The notes under the pieces are model-generated. The model saw nothing but the letters and a program-made list of their open reading frames with translations. It was not told the DNA's origin and did no database searches. Positions 19,899 to 28,854 of a stretch of DNA of 38,338 bases are shown one piece after another (positions within the stretch are counted from its first letter, which is position 1; each line of letters begins with the position of its first letter). Origin of the DNA: Candidatus Bathyarchaeia archaeon (lineage in GTDB: Archaea > Thermoproteota > Bathyarchaeia > Bathyarchaeales > Bathycorpusculaceae); the NCBI GenBank assembly GCA_049512075.1, contig JBEKXL010000022.1, positions 1 through 38,338 of the forward strand, in the 5' to 3' direction. The position numbers and the translations under genes were made by a program.

Positions 19899-20246
19899 AT
19901 GACTACAAAAAAAGACAGTAACTACTTGCAGAGGTTCAATCGTCTGCTCGTTTGGTTTACGCTCGTGCTGTTCATACTGCTTGTACTCTCAGGGTATGGC
20001 ATGACAAACCCAGAGGTCACGACTAGACTGACCGGAGGAATCTTCACTACTGCTTTTTCAATGTACCTGCACGTAAACTTGGTCGCGCCTGTTCTCATAT
20101 TGCTGTTGATTCACGTCTTGATCGGAATGAAAACCGCTCTAACTCGCTTGGGAATAGAAGAAGGATGGCTGCTGAACACTTTTCTGATTGTACCGGGTCT
20201 CTTCGCGGCTGCTCTGATCATTCTCATGCGGTATCTGACATTCTAA
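19899..20246 (+). CDS. Three-TM membrane protein, possible heme b partner
   Basis: Three hydrophobic helices; His in YLHVN and LIHVL. Confidence 0.65.
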   Translation: MTTKKDSNYLQRFNRLLVWFTLVLFILLVLSGYGMTNPEVTTRLTGGIFTTAFSMYLHVNLVAPVLILLLIHVLIGMKTALTRLGIEEGWLLNTFLIVPGLFAAALIILMRYLTF

Positions 20247-20427
20247 ATGTTGCAACTGCGGCTGACCAGCTTTCCTTTCAATATGGAGGAATAAAGAATC
20301 ATCGCTATGGAGACGCTCCCATTCTGCTTAAGAGCTGTTGGCCGAAAGATTGGCTTAGTAGGTGGAAAACGACATTGTTGGAGGATACGCTGAATTGTCT
20401 GTGGTTGGAGTCTCTGTTTGGGCTGTT

Positions 20428-20601
20428 ATGAGCAATGAGAATAAAGAGAAGGTCGTTGAAAGGATGGCGAGGGTGCATCAGGAACTAGGCGTTTCCCCGA
20501 GAAGCAGTTACTGTCATTATTTACGAAGCTCCGAGACCAACTGTCAACCGGCGGACAGTTGCATTCAGAGAAGCACGCAATTGTTGGCGTGCGCGGAATG
20601 A
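20428..20601 (+). CDS. Hypothetical small Cys-containing protein
   Basis: 57-aa ORF from ATG 20428 with 4 Cys. Confidence 0.35.
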   Translation: MSNENKEKVVERMARVHQELGVSPRSSYCHYLRSSETNCQPADSCIQRSTQLLACAE

Positions 20602-20626
20602 AGGGCAAAGACCGTATTCGAACGAG

Positions 20627-20869
20627 GTGGACGAGTTGAACATTGGAGGCTGGGTTCTGATCCCTTTTCCTTCATCTGCCGGGCGATACTTGATTTGTCC
20701 GCGATGTGGGAGTCAGGTTTCCTCTAACTCTAACTACTGCAATTTCTGTGGAACCCTGTTGCGTCCTGAACTTTTGTTGAAAATCTGCCCAAACTGCAAA
20801 AGCAAGATACCCGTCTCAGCTCGCTTCTGCCCTGAATGCGGACGAAAACAAAGATCCAATTCCTACTGA
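20627..20869 (+). CDS. Double zinc ribbon protein
   Basis: CPRCG..YCNFCG..CPNCK..FCPECG. Confidence 0.85.
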   Translation: MDELNIGGWVLIPFPSSAGRYLICPRCGSQVSSNSNYCNFCGTLLRPELLLKICPNCKSKIPVSARFCPECGRKQRSNSY

Positions 20870-20939
20870 ATGAAGTGTTTTTTATAGGGCAGTGAAAGCT
20901 AAGAGAAATGGGAGAGCCCATTGCCCAAGCTGGGATAGC

Positions 20940-21464
20940 ATGTTTGAACGCCGTGAAGAGATCGAGAAATGGTTTCATGAAGTCGTTGAAAGGTTTCGTT
21001 AGAAAGGAGCCGTAAGCCCTGATAAAGCGATGACTGCTGAAGAGCTGAGTCTTCCGCCGAGATTTGAGGTTGTGATGAAGAGGCGTCTGGGGCGTTTAGG
21101 CGTTTTTGTCGAAGTCAACGGCAAGTACTATCTCTCGGAGGAAAGGTTGAAACAAATAGAAGAAATGCGCTCCACGAGAATTACCGCCAGGGCTCCAAGA
21201 AAGAATATCTTGGGGCTGAGAATAGTTCAAGTGATTGCGGTTATTCTTTTCATGGCTTTCTTCTTGGTGAGTCTCCTTTTTCAGAGTTGGGAACTAAGAG
21301 TGGTATCGTTCCTCTTCCTCGCAGCTTGGCTAGTCATATCTGTACTGCAGATTTACCATCTGTTAAGGATCCGGAAAAGAATGTCTTCAAGCGCACGCAT
21401 CGACACAATGGAAACTGGAAACCATTTCACATTTCGCGAATTCTTAACTTCTCTTTTCACCTAG
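20940..21464 (+). pseudogene. Membrane protein with an in-frame TAG at codon 21
   Basis: MFERREEIEKWFHEVVERFR*KGAVSPDKAMTAEELSLPPRF; TAG at 21000-21002; two C-terminal TM helices. Confidence 0.6.
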
Positions 21465-21678
21465 AGAACAATAGGATTAGTCCACCGGCAACAATCAAGA
21501 CGGTTGCAGCGATTGCTCCCACAAAATAAGACCGCAATGCAGAGGCAAATGGTCCAGACAAAATCCCGCCTACATAACTCATGAAAGCAACAACTGCAAG
21601 CACGATTCCAGCGACAAAAAAAACAATGCCTAATATTGTCAAAGGTCTTTTCCGTTCCATCTCATCCCTTCTCTTCAT
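21457..21678 (-). CDS. Small two-TM membrane protein
   Basis: Two long hydrophobic segments; start may be the second Met. Confidence 0.6.
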   Translation of the reverse strand: MKRRDEMERKRPLTILGIVFFVAGIVLAVVAFMSYVGGILSGPFASALRSYFVGAIAATVLIVAGGLILLFSR

Positions 21679-22105
21679 CGTCCATGAGCCGCATCAAAGC
21701 ACATTCGATGTCGCGAGATTTGTTTTTGAACTTCCCACTGTTGACTTCTTTCTGAACTCATTTCCCAACGTCTCTCCGGGCGGTCCTTCAAGCTCTGATT
21801 TCTTTCTTACTCTACGATAATCTTCTTTATTTGTTTTATACTATTAACGCGTGCGGAAATGGCGGCGGATTCGAATGGGTTTGAATGTTCGTTCAGTTGC
21901 TCACTTTGAAAAACGGAAATGTCTCACGAAAAGGGACTCTTGAATTCTGTCTTCTCCGATAATTACTTTTCAGAAAAAAGTTGTGCATTGCTGGGCGTCG
22001 CACAGCGCACAGTGATTTGAGTCGCCGTTGCGTTAGGAAGTCTAATAAACTTCCAATGGTATTTCATCGCACGTTGCTATTGACAACGGAGTTGTTGACA
22101 ATCAG

Positions 22106-22627
22106 ATGTCGGACTTCGGTTTCAGCGCTATGGCTTTCATGTTTAGGGTTCGGGATTTCTTCAGGCCACGTGAGGATATCGTGAGGGAAGTTGGGCTAAG
22201 AGAGGGTTTTCACGTTCTGGACTATGGCTGTGGACCAGGCGGCTACGTGAAGCCTGTTGCTGACCTCGTTGGAGAGTCAGGCAGGATCTATGCATTGGAT
22301 ATCAGTCCGCTCGCAATCCAGACGGTTAAGAGGATTGTTGTTAAGAATCTGATGAGGAATGTTGAGACGATTCTCTCTGACTGCAGCACTGGATTGCCCG
22401 ACGACAGCGTGGATGCGGTACTGCTGTACGACGTCTTTCACAATCTGACTGACCCGAACGGGGTGTTAGAGGAACTGTATCGAGTGTTGAAGCCAGATGG
22501 AGTTTTGTCTTTCAGTGACCATCACATGAAAGAAGACAAGATAATGTCAGAATTGACGAACAAAGGATTGTTTGCGTTATTGAAAAAGGGAAAGAGGGCG
22601 TACAGTTTTGCAAAGAAGCAAGCGTAG
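22106..22627 (+). CDS. Class I SAM-dependent methyltransferase
   Basis: VLDYGCGPG, YALDI, RVLKPDG. Confidence 0.92.
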   Translation: MSDFGFSAMAFMFRVRDFFRPREDIVREVGLREGFHVLDYGCGPGGYVKPVADLVGESGRIYALDISPLAIQTVKRIVVKNLMRNVETILSDCSTGLPDDSVDAVLLYDVFHNLTDPNGVLEELYRVLKPDGVLSFSDHHMKEDKIMSELTNKGLFALLKKGKRAYSFAKKQA

Positions 22628-22639
22628 CGCGTTTGCGGC

Positions 22640-23217
22640 TTATTTCATGCCTAGTTTCTGATTCTGTTCGAGAAGTTTCATCGCCTCTGCGACGCGTTTT
22701 TTGCGTGTCTTCTCCATCTTTGCGCTGTCGATCCACAAAACAAAGTTTCTTCTGTAGCTCTCAGCCAATTTATCGAAGTTGTCCAAAGCCCTCTTGTTGG
22801 TCGCTAGGGCATCTTGCAAGTATGAGGGAATCACCAGTCCGTTTCTATGGCGCGTGCTAGCATTACTGTTGAGCCATTCCCACTGGCTCTAGCTTCTTTG
22901 ATTCTGATCAGTCCGGTTTCTGTCATCTTTCCTTCCCTGATCATCTTTTCGACTCTTTTCCTGTTTGCTTCGGACCGTCTGCTTTTGCCCCTGCGAGGCG
23001 TGAATTTCCTAGCAAACTTTTCATCGTCAAGTCTCCTTACGATGCTGTCCACCCAACCAAAGCACAGGGCTTCTTCAACTGAATCGTCATACGATATGCT
23101 GGGTTTTCCAGTGTGCTTCTTGTAATAAACCAGCCAAATCTCTTTCTTAACATCATGATTCTCTTTAAGCCAAGCACGCCAATCGTCTCGGTTTGGCACG
23201 TACAGTTCTTCAGTCAT
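22640..23217 (-). pseudogene. YdeI/OmpD-associated family protein, frameshifted
   Basis: WRAWLKENH, EEALCFGWVDS and FTPRR in one frame; IPSYLQDAL...WIDSAK.EKTRKKR in another. One G missing at 22879-22881 (GGG GAA TGG would give G-E-W). Confidence 0.88.
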
Positions 23218-23276
23218 CTCAATCAAGCTCACTCCATCGAAAGCCACATTTCAAACTTGCTCCGCGCACTAGTGAG

Positions 23277-23389
23277 TGGCGGATCCGCTGGGATTTGAAC
23301 CCAGGGCTTTCGGCTTTCTTCAGCCTCAGCGGCTTAGAAGGCCGACGCGCTTTATGGCTTAAACTGTATCCATGCTGCGCCACGGATCC
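23277..23389 (-). tRNA. tRNA-Arg(TCT) with two introns and encoded CCA
   Basis: Acceptor GGATCCG/CGGATCC, D stem GCGC/GCGC, anticodon stem TCGGC/GCCGA, T arm CTGGG-TTCAAAT-CCCAG. Introns 23352-23367 (D loop) and 23316-23334 (position 37/38). Confidence 0.93.
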
Positions 23390-23428
23390 TTTTTCGGCCA
23401 ATAAAAGGAAGGGTTTGGTTGATATATT

Positions 23429-26350
23429 TTATTCTATGTAGATCGCTGGGCGGTAGGGTTTGGCGAGTTGTGCCCTCTGTTTGGGGTCGTGGCGTTTAGT
23501 GTCTTCTTCGTTGAAAACGTGGATTTCTGCGTTCAGCTCTTTCTGGAAGAAGCTTTTTGCTTCTTCTAACGCTTCGCTCTCGTCAACAATCCCAGTTTGC
23601 ACTCGTCTCTGTTTTGTTTCTTCAGATGTTCGGTTGATTTCGTCTGCTATTTGGCCAGTGAACTTGGCTACTTCTTCAGCGTTTGCCCTCAAGTCGGGTT
23701 CTTGCATAAGCTGTTTCATGAGGTCTTTCTGCAGGACTTTTGCTGAGGCGGATTTTTCGAGGGCTTTCAGGTAGGTCTTCCATTTCCACGCGGCGGCCAC
23801 ATAGTAGCATACTCTTTTCGGTTTTGCACCTGTGGCTTTCATAATGTTCTGGGTGTCTGCGAGCACGTTCATGATGAAGGTCTCGTTTTCTTCAGCTTTG
23901 ACGTCCATTTTGGATTCGTCGGCTGTTGGCCAGGGTGTTCGGGTGATAAAGTCTTTTCCGCCGAGCATTTCCCATATTTCTTCGCACACGTGCGGGGCTA
24001 CTGGTGCCAGCATCCGTGTTTGGGCGTCTAGGACCTCGTGGAACACTTGGGCTGTTGCGGCTTTTCTTTTCGGGTTTTCCTTTTCGTCTGCGATGCGTTC
24101 CTGGTACCATTGGAAGTCTTGGTCCAGCTCATAGAGCGCGGTGTGTATGGCTTTGCGAACGGCGAGTTTGTTCATGGCTTTAGTTGCGTTTCTGATGTGC
24201 TGGTTCAGTCTGCTGAGCATCCACCTATCTATCGCTGGCAGCGTGATCTTTGGTGATTTCTTCCGTGGGGTCTTGGCGGTTTCGGAGGCGAATCTGTAGA
24301 GTTTTTCCAGTCTGTCTCGCATTGATTTGGCTATTGTGGGGCTGAAGTCGGAGTCTTGGAGTAGTTCAGCTGTGGAGACGACGCTGAGTCTTATCGGGTC
24401 TGCGCCGAACGTGGCGAGTCCTTCGCGTAGTGGTATGATGTTTCCGAAAGATTTGCTCATTTTTGCTCCTTCCATCATTACGCTGCCGTTGGTGGCTATC
24501 TGGCGAGGCCAATGTTTCTCTGGGAATATTGCGGTGTGGTTGAATATCATGAAGGTCAGGTGGTTGGGTACCAAGTCGCGTCCTGAGTGACGGCTGTCCA
24601 GTGGGTAAAAGTATGAGAATTCGGTGCGCATTTGTTCGACAGTTTTGATGTTCAGGCCGGATTTTTTAGCAAGTTCTGTCAGGTTTCCTTTTCCTAGAAA
24701 GATGTAGTCGAAAACGTCGGTCGTGAGCTGATCTGGCTGAATTTTGTTTTCTTTGATTGTTTTGACTATCGTGTAGTAGGCCATGTAGATTGTTGAGTCT
24801 GAGAGTGATTCGATGATCCAGTCCTTGTCCCATGGTAGGCGTGTGCCCATGCCTGATTTTCTTGCACAGGCTTTTTCGTGCAGCCAGTCGATGACGTTGT
24901 TGAATTCTTGTCGGAGTTCCTCGGGCAGTATTTCCATGTTATCCAGGTTCTTGTGTGCTAGTGTTTTCCATTCGGGGTTTCCGTAGTCGATGAACCATTG
25001 GTCTTGGACGATTTTGACGATGCACTCCGTCTTGCAACGGCACAACACGGGCCTGTTGAGCAGCTCGTACATGGTTGTGGCCTCGCCTTCTTGGATAAGG
25101 TCCTGTTTGACCTTGTCTTTCGCTTCAGCCACTGACATGCCAGCGTACTTGCCCGTGTTCGCTTTCATTTTTCCGTTGTGGAACTCGTGTCTGTAAACCT
25201 CTTTCGTGGCGTCCTCCAGTTTCGGGTCCGTCTGCTCTCGTATGTTCATTTTCTTGACCGCGTCGGCTGCTGGAATATCGGAGTATTCTTTGACTTCGAT
25301 GAGCGAGATGGGCTGGACAGAGTTTACGTCTTCAGCTGTTATTCCGTATTGTTTCAGTTTCTGCGGTTCTTTCTTTATGTTTTCTAGGGCGACGTAGTCG
25401 TACGGAGCGTGGCCTGGGACTGACATGACGACGCCTGTCGCGTTTTTGGGCTCAACAAAATCCGCTGGGAGTATGAGGATGTTCTTTCCTGTAGCTGGGT
25501 TTTGGACGTGTTTTCCTATGAGCTCTCTGCCTTCGACGGTCTCTTGGACTTTGACTTCTCGATTTTGGTTGGCGAGTTTTTCAGCGCTTTGTTGGCTGAT
25601 TATCCACTGTTCGCCGTCAACTGTGGCTTTGACGTATTTTGTGTTGGGGTTTAGCCAGATGTTTGTGACGCCGAATACTGTTTCAGGCCTTAACGTGGCG
25701 GCTGGATAGAAGGTGTTACCTTGCGTGAATTTGATGAGTGTGAATTCGCCTATTTCTGGTTCAACATCGCCGTCGGTGTCATGTTGGCCAACTGGGTTTC
25801 CGTCTTTGGGGCACCAGCCGACTGGATGGCTTCCTTGCGTAATGTATCCGCCTTGGCGTAGTTTTTGGAATTGCCATTCTATGAAGCGATTATAGTGCGG
25901 GTCGACTGTGGTGAATTCGCGTCTCCAGTCTATTGAGTAGCCTATTTCTTTCATGCCGGTTTTGATTTCTTGGTGGAAGTAGCGGGCCATGGCGATGGGT
26001 TCTGTGAGTTCCTTAAGCTTTTCTTTTGGAATCTTGTAGACGTTGATGAAGTCGCTGATTAGGCCTTTGTCGTTGTCTGCGAGACGTTTGGCCATGGCCA
26101 GAACTGGCGTGCCGGTGTAATGGAAGGCCATTGGCAACAGTGTGTTGTAGCCGCGCATTCGCATGTACCGTGCGTGGACATCTGCCATGGTGTAGGTTCT
26201 TCCGTGGCCGATGTGCTGGGGACTGTTGGGGTAGGGGTAGGCTACGGTTACAAAGTACTTAGGTTTGGACGGTTCTGGGTCTGTCTCGAAGATTCTGGCT
26301 TTTTCCCACTTTTTCTGCCATTTTTCCTCGATTTTTTTCAAAAACTCCAT
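23429..26350 (-). CDS. leuS: Leucine--tRNA ligase (archaeal type)
   Basis: HIGH, KMSKS, editing domain GTG-like GVVMSVPGHAPYD, C-terminal PYRPAIYIE. Confidence 0.97.
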   Translation of the reverse strand: MEFLKKIEEKWQKKWEKARIFETDPEPSKPKYFVTVAYPYPNSPQHIGHGRTYTMADVHARYMRMRGYNTLLPMAFHYTGTPVLAMAKRLADNDKGLISDFINVYKIPKEKLKELTEPIAMARYFHQEIKTGMKEIGYSIDWRREFTTVDPHYNRFIEWQFQKLRQGGYITQGSHPVGWCPKDGNPVGQHDTDGDVEPEIGEFTLIKFTQGNTFYPAATLRPETVFGVTNIWLNPNTKYVKATVDGEQWIISQQSAEKLANQNREVKVQETVEGRELIGKHVQNPATGKNILILPADFVEPKNATGVVMSVPGHAPYDYVALENIKKEPQKLKQYGITAEDVNSVQPISLIEVKEYSDIPAADAVKKMNIREQTDPKLEDATKEVYRHEFHNGKMKANTGKYAGMSVAEAKDKVKQDLIQEGEATTMYELLNRPVLCRCKTECIVKIVQDQWFIDYGNPEWKTLAHKNLDNMEILPEELRQEFNNVIDWLHEKACARKSGMGTRLPWDKDWIIESLSDSTIYMAYYTIVKTIKENKIQPDQLTTDVFDYIFLGKGNLTELAKKSGLNIKTVEQMRTEFSYFYPLDSRHSGRDLVPNHLTFMIFNHTAIFPEKHWPRQIATNGSVMMEGAKMSKSFGNIIPLREGLATFGADPIRLSVVSTAELLQDSDFSPTIAKSMRDRLEKLYRFASETAKTPRKKSPKITLPAIDRWMLSRLNQHIRNATKAMNKLAVRKAIHTALYELDQDFQWYQERIADEKENPKRKAATAQVFHEVLDAQTRMLAPVAPHVCEEIWEMLGGKDFITRTPWPTADESKMDVKAEENETFIMNVLADTQNIMKATGAKPKRVCYYVAAAWKWKTYLKALEKSASAKVLQKDLMKQLMQEPDLRANAEEVAKFTGQIADEINRTSEETKQRRVQTGIVDESEALEEAKSFFQKELNAEIHVFNEEDTKRHDPKQRAQLAKPYRPAIYIE

Positions 26351-26585
26351 AAAACTTTCTGAGTCGGTTCGTTGGGTATTAAAGGTTTTGTTCTTATGAA
26401 CAGAGAAGGCTATTCCTCACATCTAGCACCCAGGAATAACGTGCAGAAACTTGCATTAATCTTTTACTATTAGCTGTGCAATTGTTGCGCACGTGCAACT
26501 TAAGAGTAAATTACAATCTGGATATGACTATGATCTCCTTGGGTTCCAATCATGTTTCAACTTCGGTAGCCACTTGTAGATGAAT

Positions 26586-26608
26586 GTTCTAGAAGACTCC
26601 TCTAGAAC
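26586..26608. promoter_or_regulatory. Palindromic operator candidate GTTCTAGA-N7-TCTAGAAC
   Basis: Perfect 8-bp inverted repeat about 30 nt upstream of a TTTATA box (26639-26644) preceding the peptide gene. Confidence 0.4.
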
Positions 26609-26684
26609 GATATACCGAAAGGTTTTGTTTTTGCCACATTTATAGTACTTTCTTTGTCAGAAATCAAAGGAGGTGAAAAACACC

Positions 26685-26990
26685 ATGAACTTCAAAATTG
26701 TTAAACTGCTAGTCCTTTCAGCCTTATTCTTCGCAATACTGTCTGCAACTCCAATGTTCATGACAAGCACCCATGCCAATATGAAGACAGACAATCTTAC
26801 CAGCAAACCTGCGACCGAAGTCCACCCAAACGCCCACCTGACGGGTGATCCTGTTGGCGGCGGCGTTCCTAAAGTCCAGACAATGCTGATAGGTGATCCT
26901 GTTGGCGGCGGCGTTCCTAAAGTCCAGACAATGCTGATAGGTGATCCTGTTGGCGGCGGCGTTCCACTAGTCCACACGATGGCAGACTGA
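26685..26990 (+). CDS. Secreted precursor peptide with three tandem GDPVGGGVP cores
   Basis: Shine-Dalgarno GGAGGTGA before ATG 26685; Sec-type signal ending T-H-A; three in-frame 16-aa units. Confidence 0.8.
   Translation: MNFKIVKLLVLSALFFAILSATPMFMTSTHANMKTDNLTSKPATEVHPNAHLTGDPVGGGVPKVQTMLIGDPVGGGVPKVQTMLIGDPVGGGVPLVHTMAD
26844..26981 (+). repeat. 48-bp coding tandem repeat, about 2.9 copies
   Basis: Units at 26844, 26892, 26940; first two identical, third diverges after the GVP codons. Confidence 0.95.
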
Positions 26991-27048
26991 CCGTGCTTGG
27001 GCAAAATTCTAAAAGCCTTCGCTGCATATTAAATCTGGGGATAGTTCC

Positions 27049-28173
27049 TTGCCTAAGAGAGTAAGGTCAAGCAGAGAAAAGAAACTAGGTGCTCAAGATG
27101 TCGCAATCTTGGAAGGCCTGGCCTTACACAACCCGCGAAACTTGTCAGATCTTGCCGTGCAGCTCGAGATGCCCAGACCGTCCCTACGTTACAGAATCAA
27201 AAACTTACACTCCAACTTTTCTTTAAATCTCTACGGAAACATATATCACACTTTCATTGGACTCAGAAAAGTGATAGTTTCTGCCGACGCAAAACCCGGA
27301 TATGAAGAGCTACTTTATGACTGCCTGAAAACGAACGATTACTGGCTGTACGTAAGTCAATGTATCGGAGCACTCAGGTGCCTAGCCATCTACGGAATAC
27401 CCGCTGAAAAGGAGAAAGAGTTTGAAGGATTCATAAGCCAGCTTCAAGAGTTGAACTTGGTACAAAACGTCAACTATTTTTGGTCGACATGTATCCAAGT
27501 CATAAACTCGACAGGCGCATGGTTTGACAAGACATCTGAAGAATGGAGCTTTCCATGGAACTCATGGGTGGAAGAAGTGCAGAGAACTCAAGCAGAACTA
27601 CCCTATACACTCAAAGAACCCGATGCGTACACCCAGAAGGCAGATTGGCTCGACATAATGATACTTAAGGAACTCGAAAAAGACAGCACAATCAAAATGA
27701 CAGAAATAGCGAAAAAACTCGGCACGAGCCTAGAAAGAGTGATTTACCATTTCACGAACCACGTCATTGAAAAAGGAATGTTCGAAGGTTACCAAGTAAT
27801 AGCAGAACACTACAAAAACCTGTATGCAGACTCGTACTTCTTTCAGTTCTATTTCAAAAACCGGGAGGACTTGACTAAATTCGCTTGTTCACTGATGTAC
27901 AAACCATTCGCGAGGTACATGGGAAAAGAGTACGGTAAGAACCGGTTGTTTGCTCAAATCTATCTGCCCAGGGAACAATTAATCAACTTCCAAAAGGCCA
28001 TTTCAAAATTGATAAGAGCAAGATTGTTGGACACCTACGAGTATGTAATCCAAGATATGACTAGGACGGAGAGACAAACAATTTCGTACGAGTTCTTCAA
28101 AGGCAACAATTGGGAATATGATGACAAAAAATACTTGCAAAAACTACGGTCCATAATCAAACAATTCACCTAA
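27049..28173 (+). CDS. Tandem (double) HTH Lrp/AsnC-like protein
   Basis: HTH1 DVAILEGL..NLSDLAVQLEMPRPSLRYRIKNL; HTH2 DWLDIMILKELEKDS..MTEIAKKLGTS; each followed by a RAM/ferredoxin-like region. Confidence 0.8.
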   Translation: MPKRVRSSREKKLGAQDVAILEGLALHNPRNLSDLAVQLEMPRPSLRYRIKNLHSNFSLNLYGNIYHTFIGLRKVIVSADAKPGYEELLYDCLKTNDYWLYVSQCIGALRCLAIYGIPAEKEKEFEGFISQLQELNLVQNVNYFWSTCIQVINSTGAWFDKTSEEWSFPWNSWVEEVQRTQAELPYTLKEPDAYTQKADWLDIMILKELEKDSTIKMTEIAKKLGTSLERVIYHFTNHVIEKGMFEGYQVIAEHYKNLYADSYFFQFYFKNREDLTKFACSLMYKPFARYMGKEYGKNRLFAQIYLPREQLINFQKAISKLIRARLLDTYEYVIQDMTRTERQTISYEFFKGNNWEYDDKKYLQKLRSIIKQFT

Positions 28174-28281
28174 TCTCCAGATTTGCATTTCTTGTTCATT
28201 TTTAATCAGATTTTTCACCGAAAGTGAAATAAGCATAGAATCATGCTTCTAGAGGCAAGTTCTATCCGGAGTAAATAGCCC

Positions 28282-28608
28282 GTGTCAAGGAAAAAGAAAT
28301 GCCAAGTTTCCATCATTGGAATCTTTAGACCTGGTCTGGTGGGCGTAGACACTCGCACGTCCGAATTGATAGATCCCGCTCATCTGGCCGAAAGCATCGG
28401 AATCGATGAAAACCACACAGTCAAAGCAAAAATCACGATAGAAGTCGTAGAAGGACCTTGCGAACTCTGCGGAGAACTCGCGACAGGGCATCAGATCTGC
28501 CAGAAATGCGGAAAACTAGTGTGCGACAAGTGCGCAAAAACAGACTCTGGCGGCAGATACTGCCCAAAATGCTTTGCCCAAATACAATCGCTTTCAAAAC
28601 TAATCTGA
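28282..28608 (+). CDS. Zinc-finger protein
   Basis: CELC, CQKC, CDKC, CPKC (8 Cys) after a short beta-rich N domain. Confidence 0.75.
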   Translation: MSRKKKCQVSIIGIFRPGLVGVDTRTSELIDPAHLAESIGIDENHTVKAKITIEVVEGPCELCGELATGHQICQKCGKLVCDKCAKTDSGGRYCPKCFAQIQSLSKLI

Positions 28609-28854
28609 TGCTCGCCCTGCTTGCCTTGGCATGACCGAGTTATAGACCAATAACTAGGGCGCGATACGACGCGGACATTGTCATGCTGTACGGAAACCAT
28701 CCGGAAATGAGCTGGCACACGTTCCAGACTTGGGCTGGAGAACAGGATTGGAGCGCCCTTAAGCCAAATGTGACGAACCCTAGCGCGCTATGAATTCTGA
28801 ATATAGATGGGGCTTTCACAAACAAGATATTCTCTCTCCAGTAAGTTCTTGCTC

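Noticed and set aside
21000-21002. Genome-wide TAG recoding (pyrrolysine)
   Set aside because: Several conserved genes here end at TAG at their expected C-termini
21662-21780. Ribbon-helix-helix gene remnant (K*VQKEVNSGKFKNKSRDIECAL) on the minus strand
   Set aside because: Multiple stops and no start; too weak to call
23219-23401. ORFs overlapping the tRNA
   Set aside because: The region is explained by the intron-containing tRNA
26844-26981. CRISPR array (repeat plus spacer appearance)
   Set aside because: The spacers are identical, the period is 48 bp and in frame with an ORF, and no cas genes are present
26657-27004. 115-aa minus-strand ORF with TPPPTGSP repeats
   Set aside because: Antisense shadow of the peptide gene, which has the SD and signal peptide
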